Positions 8,578 to 18,504 of a stretch of 64,000 nt of DNA are shown here, in pieces. The position numbers were made by a program, and so were the translations under genes. Source of the stretch: Alphaproteobacteria bacterium GM202ARS2 (lineage in GTDB: Bacteria; Pseudomonadota; Alphaproteobacteria; GM7ARS4); contig JACONH010000004.1 of the NCBI GenBank assembly GCA_014323835.1, forward strand, positions 12,500 through 76,499. The letters are read 5' to 3'. The stretch's first letter is position 1. Every line of letters starts with the position of its first letter. The notes beneath the pieces are model-generated. The model did no database searches and was not told where the DNA came from. It saw only the letters and a list, made by a program, of their open reading frames with translations.

Positions 8578-8727
8578 ATGGGTATTCAAAAACTTATCGC
8601 TAGCGTTATACCCATGATAGCCGCCTTCTTGGCTGCGTATAACATTGAATTATCAGCAGAACAGCTGGCTCTTATTCAGGGTGTTCTGACCTCTATCGCT
8701 GTCTATTACGTCCCCAACAAGGCTTGA
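8578..8727 (+). CDS. 49-aa two-TM membrane microprotein B (paralog of A)
   Basis: Manual translation MGIQKLIASVIPMIAAFLAAYNIELSAEQLALIQGVLTSIAVYYVPNKA; shares MGxQKxIA and VYxVPNK with A. Confidence 0.8.
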   Translation: MGIQKLIASVIPMIAAFLAAYNIELSAEQLALIQGVLTSIAVYYVPNKA

Positions 8728-8728
8728 A

Positions 8729-10648
8729 TTAAAGACTGAATTGCTTTATTTCTTGTTTGCTGGTGTGCGGATTAGGTGTCGTCTGCCAAGAGATATCAAA
8801 CAGGTTCGCCAGTTGGTGCGTCAACACGGGCCCCAGAGCATCCGCATCGCTAATCGTAACCGCATTGTGATAGTAGCGTGAGACATCATGGCCAATGCCG
8901 ATAGCCATCAGTTCGATGGCTTGTTGGTTTTCGATAGTAGCGACAACCGAATTCAAGTGGTCTTCCAGGATGCTTTCTTTATTGGCAGAGAACGTTGAAT
9001 CGTCCACCGGTGCACCGTCCGAGATAACAATCAGGATGCGTCGGGTTTCGTGGCGTTGTTGCAGGCGTTGGTAAGCCCACAGCAGGGCTTCGCCGTCGAT
9101 GTTTTCTTTCAGCAAGCCCTCTCGGAGCATAAGCCCCAGGTGATTGCGTGCCCGCCGCCACGGCGTGTTCGCGCTTTTATAGATGATATGGTGCAAGTCA
9201 TTCAGCCGTCCCGGGTGAGCGGGCTGTTTCTGCTGCAGCCACAGTTCTCGAGCGCGCCCCCCCTTCCACGTGACCGTGGTGAAGCCGAGAATCTCCACTT
9301 TAATTGCACAGCGTTCCAAAGTGCGAGCAAGAATATCGGCACAGCTGGCAGCAATGGCGATAGGCTTGCCCCGCATCGAGCCCGAATTATCGATAAGCAA
9401 CGTAACAATCGTATCCTTGAAGGGATGTGTGCACTCGGTTTTCCATATCGCTGGCGTTGTCGGGTTAGCAATCAGGCGTGCCAGCTTGCCACCATCGAGA
9501 AGCCCTTGCTCTTGGTCGAATTCCCACCATCTCTTTTGTTTTGCCATCAGTTTTCTTTGTAGAATTTTGGCAAGGCGCGCAACGATGTCGTCATACTGGC
9601 GCGTGCGGTTGTCCAGCTTACGGCGCAAGTCCGCCAACTCGTGCGGCGGACACAACGCCGTCGCATGATTAATCTGGTCATAGGCTTGCGTAAAAATGCG
9701 ATAGCGTTTCTTCGGCTTGGGCGGCTCACTGCGGGCAAGAGACAAGGGCGATGTGCCCTCGTCATGGTCGTTGTCGTCCTCAGGGGCAGGCGGCGTTTCG
9801 TCCGTTGACGGCGGCGGGTGTCGACCGCTTTCCTGTGGCTGTTGCTGCGGCGATGGAGTCGGATTCGGCGGCGGCGCACGACTCTCTTGCTTGTCAGGCA
9901 AGGCAGCCTCCTCCTGCTCCTGCGGAGTCGGCTCCTGTTGCGGCGGCGACTCGTCTTGGGCAAAAAGAGACTCAATCAACGCACGAGCACGCTCGCCATA
10001 AACAGCCTGATTGTCACAGGATCGAGCCAACCCCTGTAACTGCTGGCACAACGACTCGCTCAACTGGTCACGCCAACGGCGGTCATTCTTGCGACACCAA
10101 TGCTGGACGGACGGACTCAGGTGGCTTGACTGTTGCCGCAACGTCCCACGCAGAGCCATCTCTAAGTCATCCTCCTGTTCTTTGGTGCTGGCGTCATGGA
10201 GCCACGCCGTATCAAGGTTGACCGCAAGCCCCTTGAGATATCTACCGCGCAGGGCGATGCGTTCTTCTTCCAGAGCATCAAAAAGCTGCGCCGCTTGCGC
10301 ATGCTCGGGGCGATGCTGCTGGTGCGTGCGGGAACAATGCCACTTTTTAACCAGAGCATGATAGTCGCTCTGTCCCCGCAAAACACCCTGTTGCTGCGAC
10401 CGACGCGCCGGGCTCACCAACGTCAACGACGTGCGAGTCGCCGCTTGTAAGGAATCAGAATCGGAAGGGCCCGGGGGGCTAGGAGGGCTGGGGGGGGCCG
10501 GGGGGCTAGGAGGGGCATCGTCACGAATAGTCAGCTGGACATCCCAGCGACTGTTGCCGCTGAGGGCACGCATGGTCGCGGCAAGGGGTTGTTCCTTACC
10601 GCCAACATGGGACAACACTTCAGGTTTGCGTGTCGTGCCTTTAGCCAT
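8729..10648 (-). CDS. cobT: Cobaltochelatase subunit CobT (vWA domain)
   Basis: [33 protein letters not shown] and [11 protein letters not shown] motifs; downstream of cobS. Confidence 0.93.
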   Translation of the reverse strand: MAKGTTRKPEVLSHVGGKEQPLAATMRALSGNSRWDVQLTIRDDAPPSPPAPPSPPSPPGPSDSDSLQAATRTSLTLVSPARRSQQQGVLRGQSDYHALVKKWHCSRTHQQHRPEHAQAAQLFDALEEERIALRGRYLKGLAVNLDTAWLHDASTKEQEDDLEMALRGTLRQQSSHLSPSVQHWCRKNDRRWRDQLSESLCQQLQGLARSCDNQAVYGERARALIESLFAQDESPPQQEPTPQEQEEAALPDKQESRAPPPNPTPSPQQQPQESGRHPPPSTDETPPAPEDDNDHDEGTSPLSLARSEPPKPKKRYRIFTQAYDQINHATALCPPHELADLRRKLDNRTRQYDDIVARLAKILQRKLMAKQKRWWEFDQEQGLLDGGKLARLIANPTTPAIWKTECTHPFKDTIVTLLIDNSGSMRGKPIAIAASCADILARTLERCAIKVEILGFTTVTWKGGRARELWLQQKQPAHPGRLNDLHHIIYKSANTPWRRARNHLGLMLREGLLKENIDGEALLWAYQRLQQRHETRRILIVISDGAPVDDSTFSANKESILEDHLNSVVATIENQQAIELMAIGIGHDVSRYYHNAVTISDADALGPVLTHQLANLFDISWQTTPNPHTSKQEIKQFSL

Positions 10649-10652
10649 GCCT

Positions 10653-11666
10653 TTAGCCGTGTTTTGTTAAAGGCTCTGCCGATGGCGCGCTGACAGACTC
10701 GGTTGTGCGGGGCAACACATCCACATTGAAGCAACGCTGATAGTATTCGGCAACCGTGAACTTTTCGCCTTCATCACAGCGATTAAGAAAACTCAGGCAA
10801 AAAGCCAGCTCTCTATCGTGGAAAATCGCTATATTCTGGAGCCACGTTATCAGCGTGCGCGGCGACATAACAGTGGAAATATCGCCAGATTGCAAGCCCT
10901 TACGAGTCATGTTTGCCATAGCAATCATGGCTTTCAGCAACTCTTGTCCTTTCGGGTTGTCGTGTTCGGGGACTTTTGCCGTCAAAATACGTAGCTCTTG
11001 TTCGGGCTCGAGATAATTCAGAGCAGTGACAATATGCCACCTATCCATTTGTCCTTGATTAATTTGCTGTGTGCCGTGATACAGTCCGCTGGTGTCGCCC
11101 AAGCCGATGGTGTTGGTGGTAGCAAAAAGACGAAAGTAGGGGTTAGGCGTAATCACTTGATTTTGGTCGAGAAGGGTGAGTTTGCCGTCACTTTCGAGGA
11201 CTCGTTGAATAACGAACATGACGTCGGCTCTACCGGCATCGTATTCATCGAAGACGAGGGCGATAGGACGTTGCAGAGCCCACGTGAGCACGCCGGGCTG
11301 AAACTCGGTGATTTGTTTGCCGTCTTTTAGAACGATGCCGTCTTTGCCGATGAGGTCGATACGGCTTATGTGACTATCGAGATTGACTCGAATACAGGGC
11401 CAGTTGAGTTGGGCGGCGACTTGCTCGATGTGCGTGGATTTGCCGGTGCCGTGGTGCCCTTGCACCATGACTCGTTGATTGTGGGCGAAGCCCGCAAGAA
11501 TCGCCAGAGTCGTCTGCGGGTCAAAGCAATAGCGCGGATCAACTGCGGGCGTATGGTCGTGGGGCTGCGAAAAACAGGGGCTCGACAAATCGTGGTCGAT
11601 GCCAAACAGCTTGCGCGCTGTCGCCTGCGAGTCAGGCTTGTGGTCAGGATTGAGCGGAATCTGCAT
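10653..11666 (-). CDS. cobS: Cobaltochelatase subunit CobS (AAA+ ATPase)
   Basis: [27 protein letters not shown] and [17 protein letters not shown] motifs. Confidence 0.96.
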   Translation of the reverse strand: MQIPLNPDHKPDSQATARKLFGIDHDLSSPCFSQPHDHTPAVDPRYCFDPQTTLAILAGFAHNQRVMVQGHHGTGKSTHIEQVAAQLNWPCIRVNLDSHISRIDLIGKDGIVLKDGKQITEFQPGVLTWALQRPIALVFDEYDAGRADVMFVIQRVLESDGKLTLLDQNQVITPNPYFRLFATTNTIGLGDTSGLYHGTQQINQGQMDRWHIVTALNYLEPEQELRILTAKVPEHDNPKGQELLKAMIAMANMTRKGLQSGDISTVMSPRTLITWLQNIAIFHDRELAFCLSFLNRCDEGEKFTVAEYYQRCFNVDVLPRTTESVSAPSAEPLTKHG

Positions 11667-12210
11667 GCTTGAATTCCTCGGGCTTGAGATGTTTCTTGAG
11701 GTGCCAATAGGCTTCGTTGACGGCACGTAACATACTTTCGCCATCAGTGTTGCCACCACGAGCATCAGGGTGGTAACGCTTAACCAGACTATGATAGCGT
11801 TTCTTCAGGGCAGCAAGGGTTACGGGCTCTTGCAACTGCAGAAGAGACAGCGCGCGTCTGGTCTCCTCGCTATGAACCGGTGGGGATGCCCCGCCGTGCG
11901 ACTCGCTGCCCTTATAAAAGATAGAGAACAACAGATGCCGATGCAAAGGATGAAAACCATGCCGCCACGTGGGGCGATGGCCAACCCGGTCTCTGCGACG
12001 GTAACGCTCGATATCGCTTGAACTCATAGAAGCAAAAAAATTCCAGTTCTTATTGTATTGTCGCACATGCTCGAGACACAGATGATAGTGCCCCTGCTCG
12101 GGCGGATGCTTCGGCGCCAGATACGTGCCATACTGCGTGCACCCGTCATGGTCACATAAGGGGGGCGTGGGGGGCGTGCTGTTACCGTTATGCCCTTTGT
12201 ATCGTGTCAT
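11644..12210 (-). CDS. J-domain protein of the alphaproteobacterial cobS-linked type
   Basis: N-terminal C..C...CLEHVRQYNKNWNFF; C-terminal J domain with intact YHPD. Confidence 0.88.
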   Translation of the reverse strand: MTRYKGHNGNSTPPTPPLCDHDGCTQYGTYLAPKHPPEQGHYHLCLEHVRQYNKNWNFFASMSSSDIERYRRRDRVGHRPTWRHGFHPLHRHLLFSIFYKGSESHGGASPPVHSEETRRALSLLQLQEPVTLAALKKRYHSLVKRYHPDARGGNTDGESMLRAVNEAYWHLKKHLKPEEFKHADSAQS

Positions 12211-12243
12211 TGGTCTTAGGCGGTGTCAACGTTGGAGGCTATA

Positions 12244-12298
12244 GGGGCTAGGGGGGCTAGGGGGGGCTGGGGGGCTAGGGGGCTGGGGGGGGCTGGGC
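12244..12298 (+). repeat. Imperfect G-run repeat (G4-8 CT[A]) in an intergenic region
   Basis: ggggctaggggggctagggggggctggggggctagggggctggggggggctggg. Confidence 0.8.
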
Positions 12299-12943
12299 TC
12301 ATGGCGACAGCATAACACATTGCCACGTTTTTTGCTTGGGTTTTTGTGTGTAGAGTTTGCGTTGATGGAGTCGTCCTTTTTCTTGTTGCCAGAATTCGAT
12401 GTCGGTGGGCTTGAGACAGAATCCGCCCCATTGTTGCGGTTTCGGGATGGTGGTTTGAAACTGGTGTGTGCGTGCTTTCACGCGCTCCTCGAGCTGCCTG
12501 CGAGACACCAACGGGCGCGACTGCGAGGATGCCCATGCACCGAGCTGGCTGAGGGACTCACGGGAGGCAAAGTAGGCTTGTGCGTCTTTGTCGGCGATGG
12601 GCGAGCACCGCCCGACAACCCGCACTTGTCGGTGGTGGCCGTGCCAGTAAAAGCATAGGGCAGCGTGCGGGTTGTGGTAAAGGTGTTGGCTTTTTGCGCT
12701 CATCAAATCGGTGTAAAAGCAGAATCCTTGTTCGCCGTAGCCTTTTAGGAGCACCATGCGCACGTGGGGGTGGGCGCGGGCATCGACGGTGGCAAGGCTA
12801 CAGGCGGATGCTTCGATGCCGTGGTGTTGAGCATAAGCACACCAGCCGCGGTACCAGCCATCGAACAGAGTCATGGGCGAATCGCTCTGTCCCATGGCTT
12901 CAGGGGTCGGTGGCGGGGTTGAGGGGGGTGGTGGGGGGTTCAT
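12299..12943 (-). CDS. pdxH: Pyridoxamine 5'-phosphate oxidase
   Basis: RMVLLKG, RQVRVVG, GAWASSQS and EFWQ...RLHQR motifs. Confidence 0.92.
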   Translation of the reverse strand: MNPPPPPSTPPPTPEAMGQSDSPMTLFDGWYRGWCAYAQHHGIEASACSLATVDARAHPHVRMVLLKGYGEQGFCFYTDLMSAKSQHLYHNPHAALCFYWHGHHRQVRVVGRCSPIADKDAQAYFASRESLSQLGAWASSQSRPLVSRRQLEERVKARTHQFQTTIPKPQQWGGFCLKPTDIEFWQQEKGRLHQRKLYTQKPKQKTWQCVMLSP

Positions 12944-12953
12944 GAGTCGCGCC

Positions 12954-13922
12954 TTAGTAGCGCACCAGACAGGCACCCCAGCTGATACCGCCGCCGAGGG
13001 CTTGCATCAAAAGCAACTGGCCGGGCTTAAGGTGTCCTTGCTGTCCGTAAGAATCAATCACAAGGGGTATCGATGCTGCCGAGGTGTTCGCATGCGAGGC
13101 AATGGTCGTGGCAATCTTGGCAGCAGGGATACGTAGCTTTCTGCCTAAGGCATCGACAATACGTTGATTGGCTTGGTGTGGGATAAACCAGTCGATGTCT
13201 TGCGCGTCTAAGCCTTGTTGGTCTAGGAGTTCTTGTGAGATATCGGCTAAGCGGGTGACGGCTTTTTTGAAGACGTCTTTTCCGTCCATGCGTAGGTGTC
13301 CGATTTTTCCGTTGGTGGACGCGCCGCCATCGACGTAGAGGGAGCGGAAGTCGGTGCCTTGTGCGCGCAGAAGGGTTTTGATGATGCCCGCGCCTTCTGG
13401 GTTGTTTTGTTTGGCTTGTAGGGCGAGGGCGCCGGCGCCATCGCCGAAGAGGACGCACGTCGAGCGGTCGCTCCAATCGAGAATACGGCTGAAGGTCTCT
13501 GCCCCGATAACGAGGGCTTTTTCTGCCATGCCGTCTTTCATCATGCTACTACAGACGGCAAGGGCATGGACGAAGCCAGCACACACCGCTTGCACGTCAA
13601 AGGCTATGGCTGAACCGGCCTTGAGCTTGTCTTGCACTCGAGTTGCGGTGGCGGGAAACGTATAGTCGGGAGTCGTTGTCGCAACGATAATCATGTCCAC
13701 GTCTTGCGGTTGCCATTCGGCGCGCTCGAGGGCTTTGTGGGCAGCAGCGGTCGCTAAATCGGATGTTGCTTCCGTGTCCGCAGCGATATGACGTTGCTTG
13801 ATGCCGGTGCGACTCTGGATCCAGGCATCGGAGGTATCGATAATACTCTCTAAATCTCGGTTGGTGAGAATCTTGCTTGGCAGATAGGCACCGTAGCCAG
13901 CAATGTGCGTGCTGATGGTCAT
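12954..13922 (-). CDS. fabH: 3-oxoacyl-ACP synthase III
   Basis: DVQAVCAGF, LFGDGAGA, PHQAN and NTSAAS motifs. Confidence 0.97.
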   Translation of the reverse strand: MTISTHIAGYGAYLPSKILTNRDLESIIDTSDAWIQSRTGIKQRHIAADTEATSDLATAAAHKALERAEWQPQDVDMIIVATTTPDYTFPATATRVQDKLKAGSAIAFDVQAVCAGFVHALAVCSSMMKDGMAEKALVIGAETFSRILDWSDRSTCVLFGDGAGALALQAKQNNPEGAGIIKTLLRAQGTDFRSLYVDGGASTNGKIGHLRMDGKDVFKKAVTRLADISQELLDQQGLDAQDIDWFIPHQANQRIVDALGRKLRIPAAKIATTIASHANTSAASIPLVIDSYGQQGHLKPGQLLLMQALGGGISWGACLVRY

Positions 13923-14983
13923 GATGGTGGGGCTTGGTCGAGGCGGGCTGCCACGTCAATTTCTTTTTGGTGGTCGCTGAGGGCGTCGCTGACGCGGCGG
14001 TTGTAGTCGTGAGTCACCAGCTCGTGCGCGACACACAGCGCGTTGGCAAACCCGACTCCGTCGGTGCCGCCGTGACTTTTGACAACGATGCCGTTCAAGC
14101 CTACCAGCATCGCGCCGTTATAGAGACGCGGGTCGATAAGTGCTTTCACTCGACTGAGGGCGGGCTTCAACAGCAGGGCGGCGAACTGGCTGAGTAGTGA
14201 GCTGCGTAGGGTTCTTTCTAGGAAGGTTTTGACTGTGATGACGGTGCCTTCCATGGTTTTGAGGGCGATGTTGCCTGAGAATCCGTCGCAGACGACGACG
14301 TCGACGGTGCCTTTGCTGATGTCGTCTCCTTCGATGAATCCGTGAAAGTTGATACCGCTTTTGGGGTGTTTGAGGAATGTTGCGGCGTTGTGGAGTTCGT
14401 TGTGTCCTTTGGTGTCTTCTGAGCCGACATTGAGCAGACCAACGGAGGGGTTTTGCGTCCGCCATAGGCAGCGGGCATAGACGTCGCCCATGTAGGCAAA
14501 CTGAATAAGGTTTTGGCTATCGCATTGGACGTTGGCGCCCAAGTCGAGCATGACGAGTTCACCGCGGATAGTTGGCAGGGACGTGACGATGGCGGGTCGC
14601 TCGATAGTGGGGAGCATACGGAGAACGAGTCTGGCGATAGCCATGAGGGCGCCGGTGTTGCCGGCGGAGACGACAGCATCGGCTTTGTTGCTTTTGACGG
14701 CATCGATGGCATAGCGCATCGAGCTGTGTTTGCCGTGCCGCAAGGCGTGGGAGGGCTTGTCGCTGGCGGCGATCGAGTCTTTGGCGTGGACGAGAGTCGC
14801 TTTGCTTTGTAGCAGGGGCTTTTTTGCCAGCAGGGGTTTCAGTTGTTTTTCATCGCCGCATAAAATGAAATGCGCGTTTTTGAGACGCTCGGCAGCCATC
14901 TGCGCACCTGAAACGACAATGCTGGGTGCGCGATCGCCGCCCATAGCGTCAATAGCGATTCGCACTGTTGGGGCTTGGCTCAT
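13919..14983 (-). CDS. plsX: Phosphate acyltransferase PlsX
   Basis: IAIDAMGGD, SAGNTGA, DLGAN and KSHG motifs. Confidence 0.97.
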   Translation of the reverse strand: MSQAPTVRIAIDAMGGDRAPSIVVSGAQMAAERLKNAHFILCGDEKQLKPLLAKKPLLQSKATLVHAKDSIAASDKPSHALRHGKHSSMRYAIDAVKSNKADAVVSAGNTGALMAIARLVLRMLPTIERPAIVTSLPTIRGELVMLDLGANVQCDSQNLIQFAYMGDVYARCLWRTQNPSVGLLNVGSEDTKGHNELHNAATFLKHPKSGINFHGFIEGDDISKGTVDVVVCDGFSGNIALKTMEGTVITVKTFLERTLRSSLLSQFAALLLKPALSRVKALIDPRLYNGAMLVGLNGIVVKSHGGTDGVGFANALCVAHELVTHDYNRRVSDALSDHQKEIDVAARLDQAPPS

Positions 14984-15007
14984 AAGGCGAGGCAGCTTTC
15001 TCGCGGG

Positions 15008-15232
15008 TTATCCGCTGTCCGGTGTCGGCGCATCGTCGCTGTCGCTTTTCCTTTTTTCTTTGATAGCCATCACCTGTCGTCCTTTATAGTATCCGCAAAA
15101 CGGGCATACGTGGTGGGGGGCTTTCAGCTCGCCACAATGGGGACACACAACCGCGCTCCGCCCGCGCAAATAGTCGTGCGAACGGCGCATGTTACGGCGA
15201 GAAGAGGAAATTTTACGCTTAGGAACCGCCAT
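15008..15232 (-). CDS. rpmF: 50S ribosomal protein L32
   Basis: [19 protein letters not shown]; CxxC...CxxC. Confidence 0.97.
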   Translation of the reverse strand: MAVPKRKISSSRRNMRRSHDYLRGRSAVVCPHCGELKAPHHVCPFCGYYKGRQVMAIKEKRKSDSDDAPTPDSG

Positions 15233-15295
15233 CGTTTGTCCGGTTAAAGTTGCAGATACCCTTCTTTACGAAAAAACGGACAAGATTGCAATGTT

Positions 15296-16522
15296 TCATT
15301 GTTCTATAAAGGCTTTGTGAATATGACGCACCGCAGCTTTGCCGTTGCTTTGGTCAATCAGCAGGCTGATTTTAATCTCGGATGTCGAAATCACCTGAAT
15401 GTTGATACCATGCGCGGCAAGAGTCGCAAACAGCTTGCTGGCGATACCAGCGTGACTACGCATGCCTCTGCCGACAACGGATACTTTGGCTACGTTGGCA
15501 TCAGTGCGCAACGCGCTGTAGGTAATCGGGCAGTCCTTGATGACTTTCATGCAGCTGGCTAAGTCTTTTTTGGCAACGGTGAACGTCACGTCTGTCGTTT
15601 TTTTGTCGGCAGAGACGTTCTGGACAATCATGTCCACGGAGATGTGTTGCTCGCTGATAGGGGTGAAGATTTGGGCGGCGACGCCGGGGCGGTCTTGCAC
15701 GCCCAGCAACGTGATTTTGGCTTCATCGTCTTCGAGAGCGATGCCCGTGATAGCAGGTTGTTCCATGGATGCTCCTTCCTGTTGCAGAAGTGTGCCTTCG
15801 TTGTTGTTGGTTGTGGGGCGCAGACGAACGGGGATAGAACGAGCCATCGCCAACTCGACGCAGCGCGTATGAAGAACCCGCGCACCGAGAGAAGCGAGCT
15901 CGAGCATTTCCTCGTAGGTTATCTGGTCCAGACAACGTGCCGAAGGCACAACACGAGGGTCTGCCGTATAGATGCCATCGACGTCGGTGTAAATGTCGCA
16001 GATGTCCGCTTGCACGGCAGCCGCAAGAGCCACCGCCGTTGTATCAGAGCCGCCACGTCCAAGGGTCGTGATGTGCTGGTCAGGGCTGATACCCTGAAAC
16101 CCCGGCACAACAATAATATCATAGGAACGCCACGCCGCCACAATGTTTTTTTGCGGAATGTCAGTGATACGGGCGGTGCTATGGTTCCCGTCCGTATAGA
16201 TAGGCACCTGCCAACCTTGCATGGCACAGGCTCGTATGTTCTGTTGGCACAGAGCAAGAGCCATCAGCCCGCTACTGACTTGTTCACCGCTGGCAAGGAC
16301 AACGTCATAATCTCTTTGCTGGCAGTTGCTCGTATAGGCTTGCGTCTGTGCCACCAGTCTATCGGTGCTGTCGCCCATGGCTGAAACAACAACGAGTCCC
16401 TTGACATCAGCCTGTGCCTGTTGCTTGTCTAAGAAGGCTTCCTTGACTCGCAGGGCAGCATGACGTATGGCATCGAGGTCGGCAAGAGATGTGCCGCCAA
16501 ATTTTTGCACGAGACGATACAT
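15296..16522 (-). CDS. lysC: Aspartate kinase
   Basis: QKFGGTS, TLGRGGSD and ACT domains (STSEIKIS). Confidence 0.96.
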   Translation of the reverse strand: MYRLVQKFGGTSLADLDAIRHAALRVKEAFLDKQQAQADVKGLVVVSAMGDSTDRLVAQTQAYTSNCQQRDYDVVLASGEQVSSGLMALALCQQNIRACAMQGWQVPIYTDGNHSTARITDIPQKNIVAAWRSYDIIVVPGFQGISPDQHITTLGRGGSDTTAVALAAAVQADICDIYTDVDGIYTADPRVVPSARCLDQITYEEMLELASLGARVLHTRCVELAMARSIPVRLRPTTNNNEGTLLQQEGASMEQPAITGIALEDDEAKITLLGVQDRPGVAAQIFTPISEQHISVDMIVQNVSADKKTTDVTFTVAKKDLASCMKVIKDCPITYSALRTDANVAKVSVVGRGMRSHAGIASKLFATLAAHGINIQVISTSEIKISLLIDQSNGKAAVRHIHKAFIEQ

Positions 16523-16587
16523 AACAGAACAGATCTTTTTTACAGTGTGTGTCGCCCCTCAACCCTCAGTTGCGTTTATAGACAGTT

Positions 16588-17328
16588 ATGAGCCCATCTG
16601 CCAACATTGATTTTGCCAACGTTGCCGTTCTCGAGCAAGACGCATCGCCGTCATCTCTTTTGTCTCGTCTGCATCCGTTGCGTATGGCGTATATCCTCGA
16701 GCAATGGCAACGCAACGTAAAAGGGGCAACGTTGCCAAAAGAGCGTCCCTTGTCGGGTGTGCGTGTTCTCGATGTGGGTTGTGGACGTGGCCTTATTGCG
16801 GCATCGCTGGCTCGTTTGGGCGCGGACGCCACCGCCATCGATGTGTCTGCTGATACGTTGACTCGGGCGCGTAACTACGCCCAGTTTCATGGCTTGGCGA
16901 TAGATTACCGCAAGCAAACCATCGAAGAGCTCGCGAGCGAGAGTCAAGACCATCGTTATGACATGGTGATTCATTGCGAGGTTATCGAGCATATTCCTGA
17001 GCCGCGCTCGTTTATGCGGGCTTGCTTACAGGTTACGAAGGCGGGGGGTCTGCAAATTTTGTCGACACCGAATCGCAGCTGGGCGTCTTATCTGGTGATG
17101 ATTGTGTTGGCGGAGCAGGGGGTAGGCTGGTTGGCACAAGGCAGTCACGACTGGCAGCGGTTCATTACGCCGACAGAGATGCGTGCTTTGGTGCGTGAAT
17201 GTAGCGCGCAGCTGGGTGTCAACGCGCAGGTCGTAGACGAGCGCGGCGTTACGTTCGATATCATGCGCCGTCAGTTCCGCTTGAGCGATGATAAGCAGGT
17301 CAATTATTTTATGACACTGAAACTATGA
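16588..17328 (+). CDS. ubiG: Ubiquinone biosynthesis O-methyltransferase
   Basis: VLDVGCGRG, EVIEH, STPNR and GSHDWQRFITP motifs; divergent from lysC as in other alphaproteobacteria. Confidence 0.88.
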   Translation: MSPSANIDFANVAVLEQDASPSSLLSRLHPLRMAYILEQWQRNVKGATLPKERPLSGVRVLDVGCGRGLIAASLARLGADATAIDVSADTLTRARNYAQFHGLAIDYRKQTIEELASESQDHRYDMVIHCEVIEHIPEPRSFMRACLQVTKAGGLQILSTPNRSWASYLVMIVLAEQGVGWLAQGSHDWQRFITPTEMRALVRECSAQLGVNAQVVDERGVTFDIMRRQFRLSDDKQVNYFMTLKL

Positions 17329-18153
17329 GGCGGTTTTCAGCGTGAAGGGGCGGTGGTGCTGGTGTGTGGGTAGACGCTTGCGGGTCTCGTTAATGAGGGC
17401 GGTATCGATGGGGGCAAGGATAATGTCGGGTTTGTCTTGGGCAGCGGCGAGAATACGTCCCCACGGGTCAATGATAAGGGAATGTCCCCATGTTTGTCGC
17501 TTGCCGTCATGGACGCCGCATTGGCCAGCCGCGAGAATAAAGCAGGCATTCTCGATAGCACGTGCTTGTAGGAGGGGCTGCCAGTGGGCTTGACCTGTGG
17601 GGCGTGTGAAGGCAGCGGGCACTGTGATGATTTCGGCACCACCTTGGGCAAGAGCGGCAAACAGCTCGGCAAAACGCACGTCATAGCAAATTGTCATGCC
17701 GATTTTGCCCAGTTCGGTGTCTACGACGCAGGCGGTATCGCCGGCACAATAAAAGTCCGATTCGTTGTAGCGTTCCTTATCGTTGAGGGTTGCATCGAAA
17801 AGGTGAATTTTGTCGTAGCTGGCAACCTGTGTGCCGTCGGGGGCGAGGACGTAGCTGCGGTTGGCGAGTCGGTTGGGTGTGCGGGCGCGCACCGATAGCG
17901 AGCCAATGACGAGCCAGAGGGCATGTTTGCGTGCCAGCTCCTGACATCGAGCGAGGCATGGGTGGTCGCTTTCGTTAGGGGCTTCGGCGAGGTGGCGGTG
18001 CTTGTCGTGCATAATACGGTCGCTGTTTTCGGGGGTGAGCACCAGCCGCGCACCACGGCTTGCTGCTTCAGCGATGGATGCACTTAAGGCATCCATATTG
18101 GCGGTTATATCCGATGAATGATTGGTTTGAATACAGGCAGCAAGAAAGGTCAT
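17323..18153 (-). CDS. Carbon-nitrogen hydrolase (Nit1/deaminated glutathione amidase type)
   Basis: PEN, YDKIHLFD, ICYDVRF and ARAIEN catalytic motifs. Confidence 0.92.
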   Translation of the reverse strand: MTFLAACIQTNHSSDITANMDALSASIAEAASRGARLVLTPENSDRIMHDKHRHLAEAPNESDHPCLARCQELARKHALWLVIGSLSVRARTPNRLANRSYVLAPDGTQVASYDKIHLFDATLNDKERYNESDFYCAGDTACVVDTELGKIGMTICYDVRFAELFAALAQGGAEIITVPAAFTRPTGQAHWQPLLQARAIENACFILAAGQCGVHDGKRQTWGHSLIIDPWGRILAAAQDKPDIILAPIDTALINETRKRLPTHQHHRPFTLKTAS

Positions 18154-18156
18154 GGT

Positions 18157-18477
18157 CTATCGTGCACTGTTGGGGGACTCGGCTAAAAGGGGAAGGAGCG
18201 TGCCTTCTTGTTCCAGCTGTGCCAGTTCATCGGAACCGCCAATGTGACGTTGATTGATAAAAATTTGCGGCACAGTGTGGCGTCCGTTGCTGCGTTCGAG
18301 CATCTCTTGTTTAAGGTGAGCGTTCATCAAAACGTTGTAGGCTTCGTAGGTGACGTTGAGCTTATCGAGGGTGGCTAGGGCGCGGCGGCAGTAACCGCAC
18401 AAAGGCGAGTGATAAATTTCCACGTAAGCACGGTGGGGAGCTGAGGGGGGAGCGTGTTGGGAGTGGTTGTCGGTCAT
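18157..18477 (-). CDS. grxC: Glutaredoxin 3
   Basis: CGYC, TVPQIFI and GGSD motifs. Confidence 0.9.
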   Translation of the reverse strand: MTDNHSQHAPPSAPHRAYVEIYHSPLCGYCRRALATLDKLNVTYEAYNVLMNAHLKQEMLERSNGRHTVPQIFINQRHIGGSDELAQLEQEGTLLPLLAESPNSAR

Positions 18478-18504
18478 GGCTTTGATGATAAGGGTTGAGG
18501 GTTG

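Noticed and set aside
8338-8579. Minus-strand 66-aa and 72-aa ORFs in the track
   Set aside because: Antisense to the two paralogous plus-strand microproteins, which have RBSs and mutual similarity
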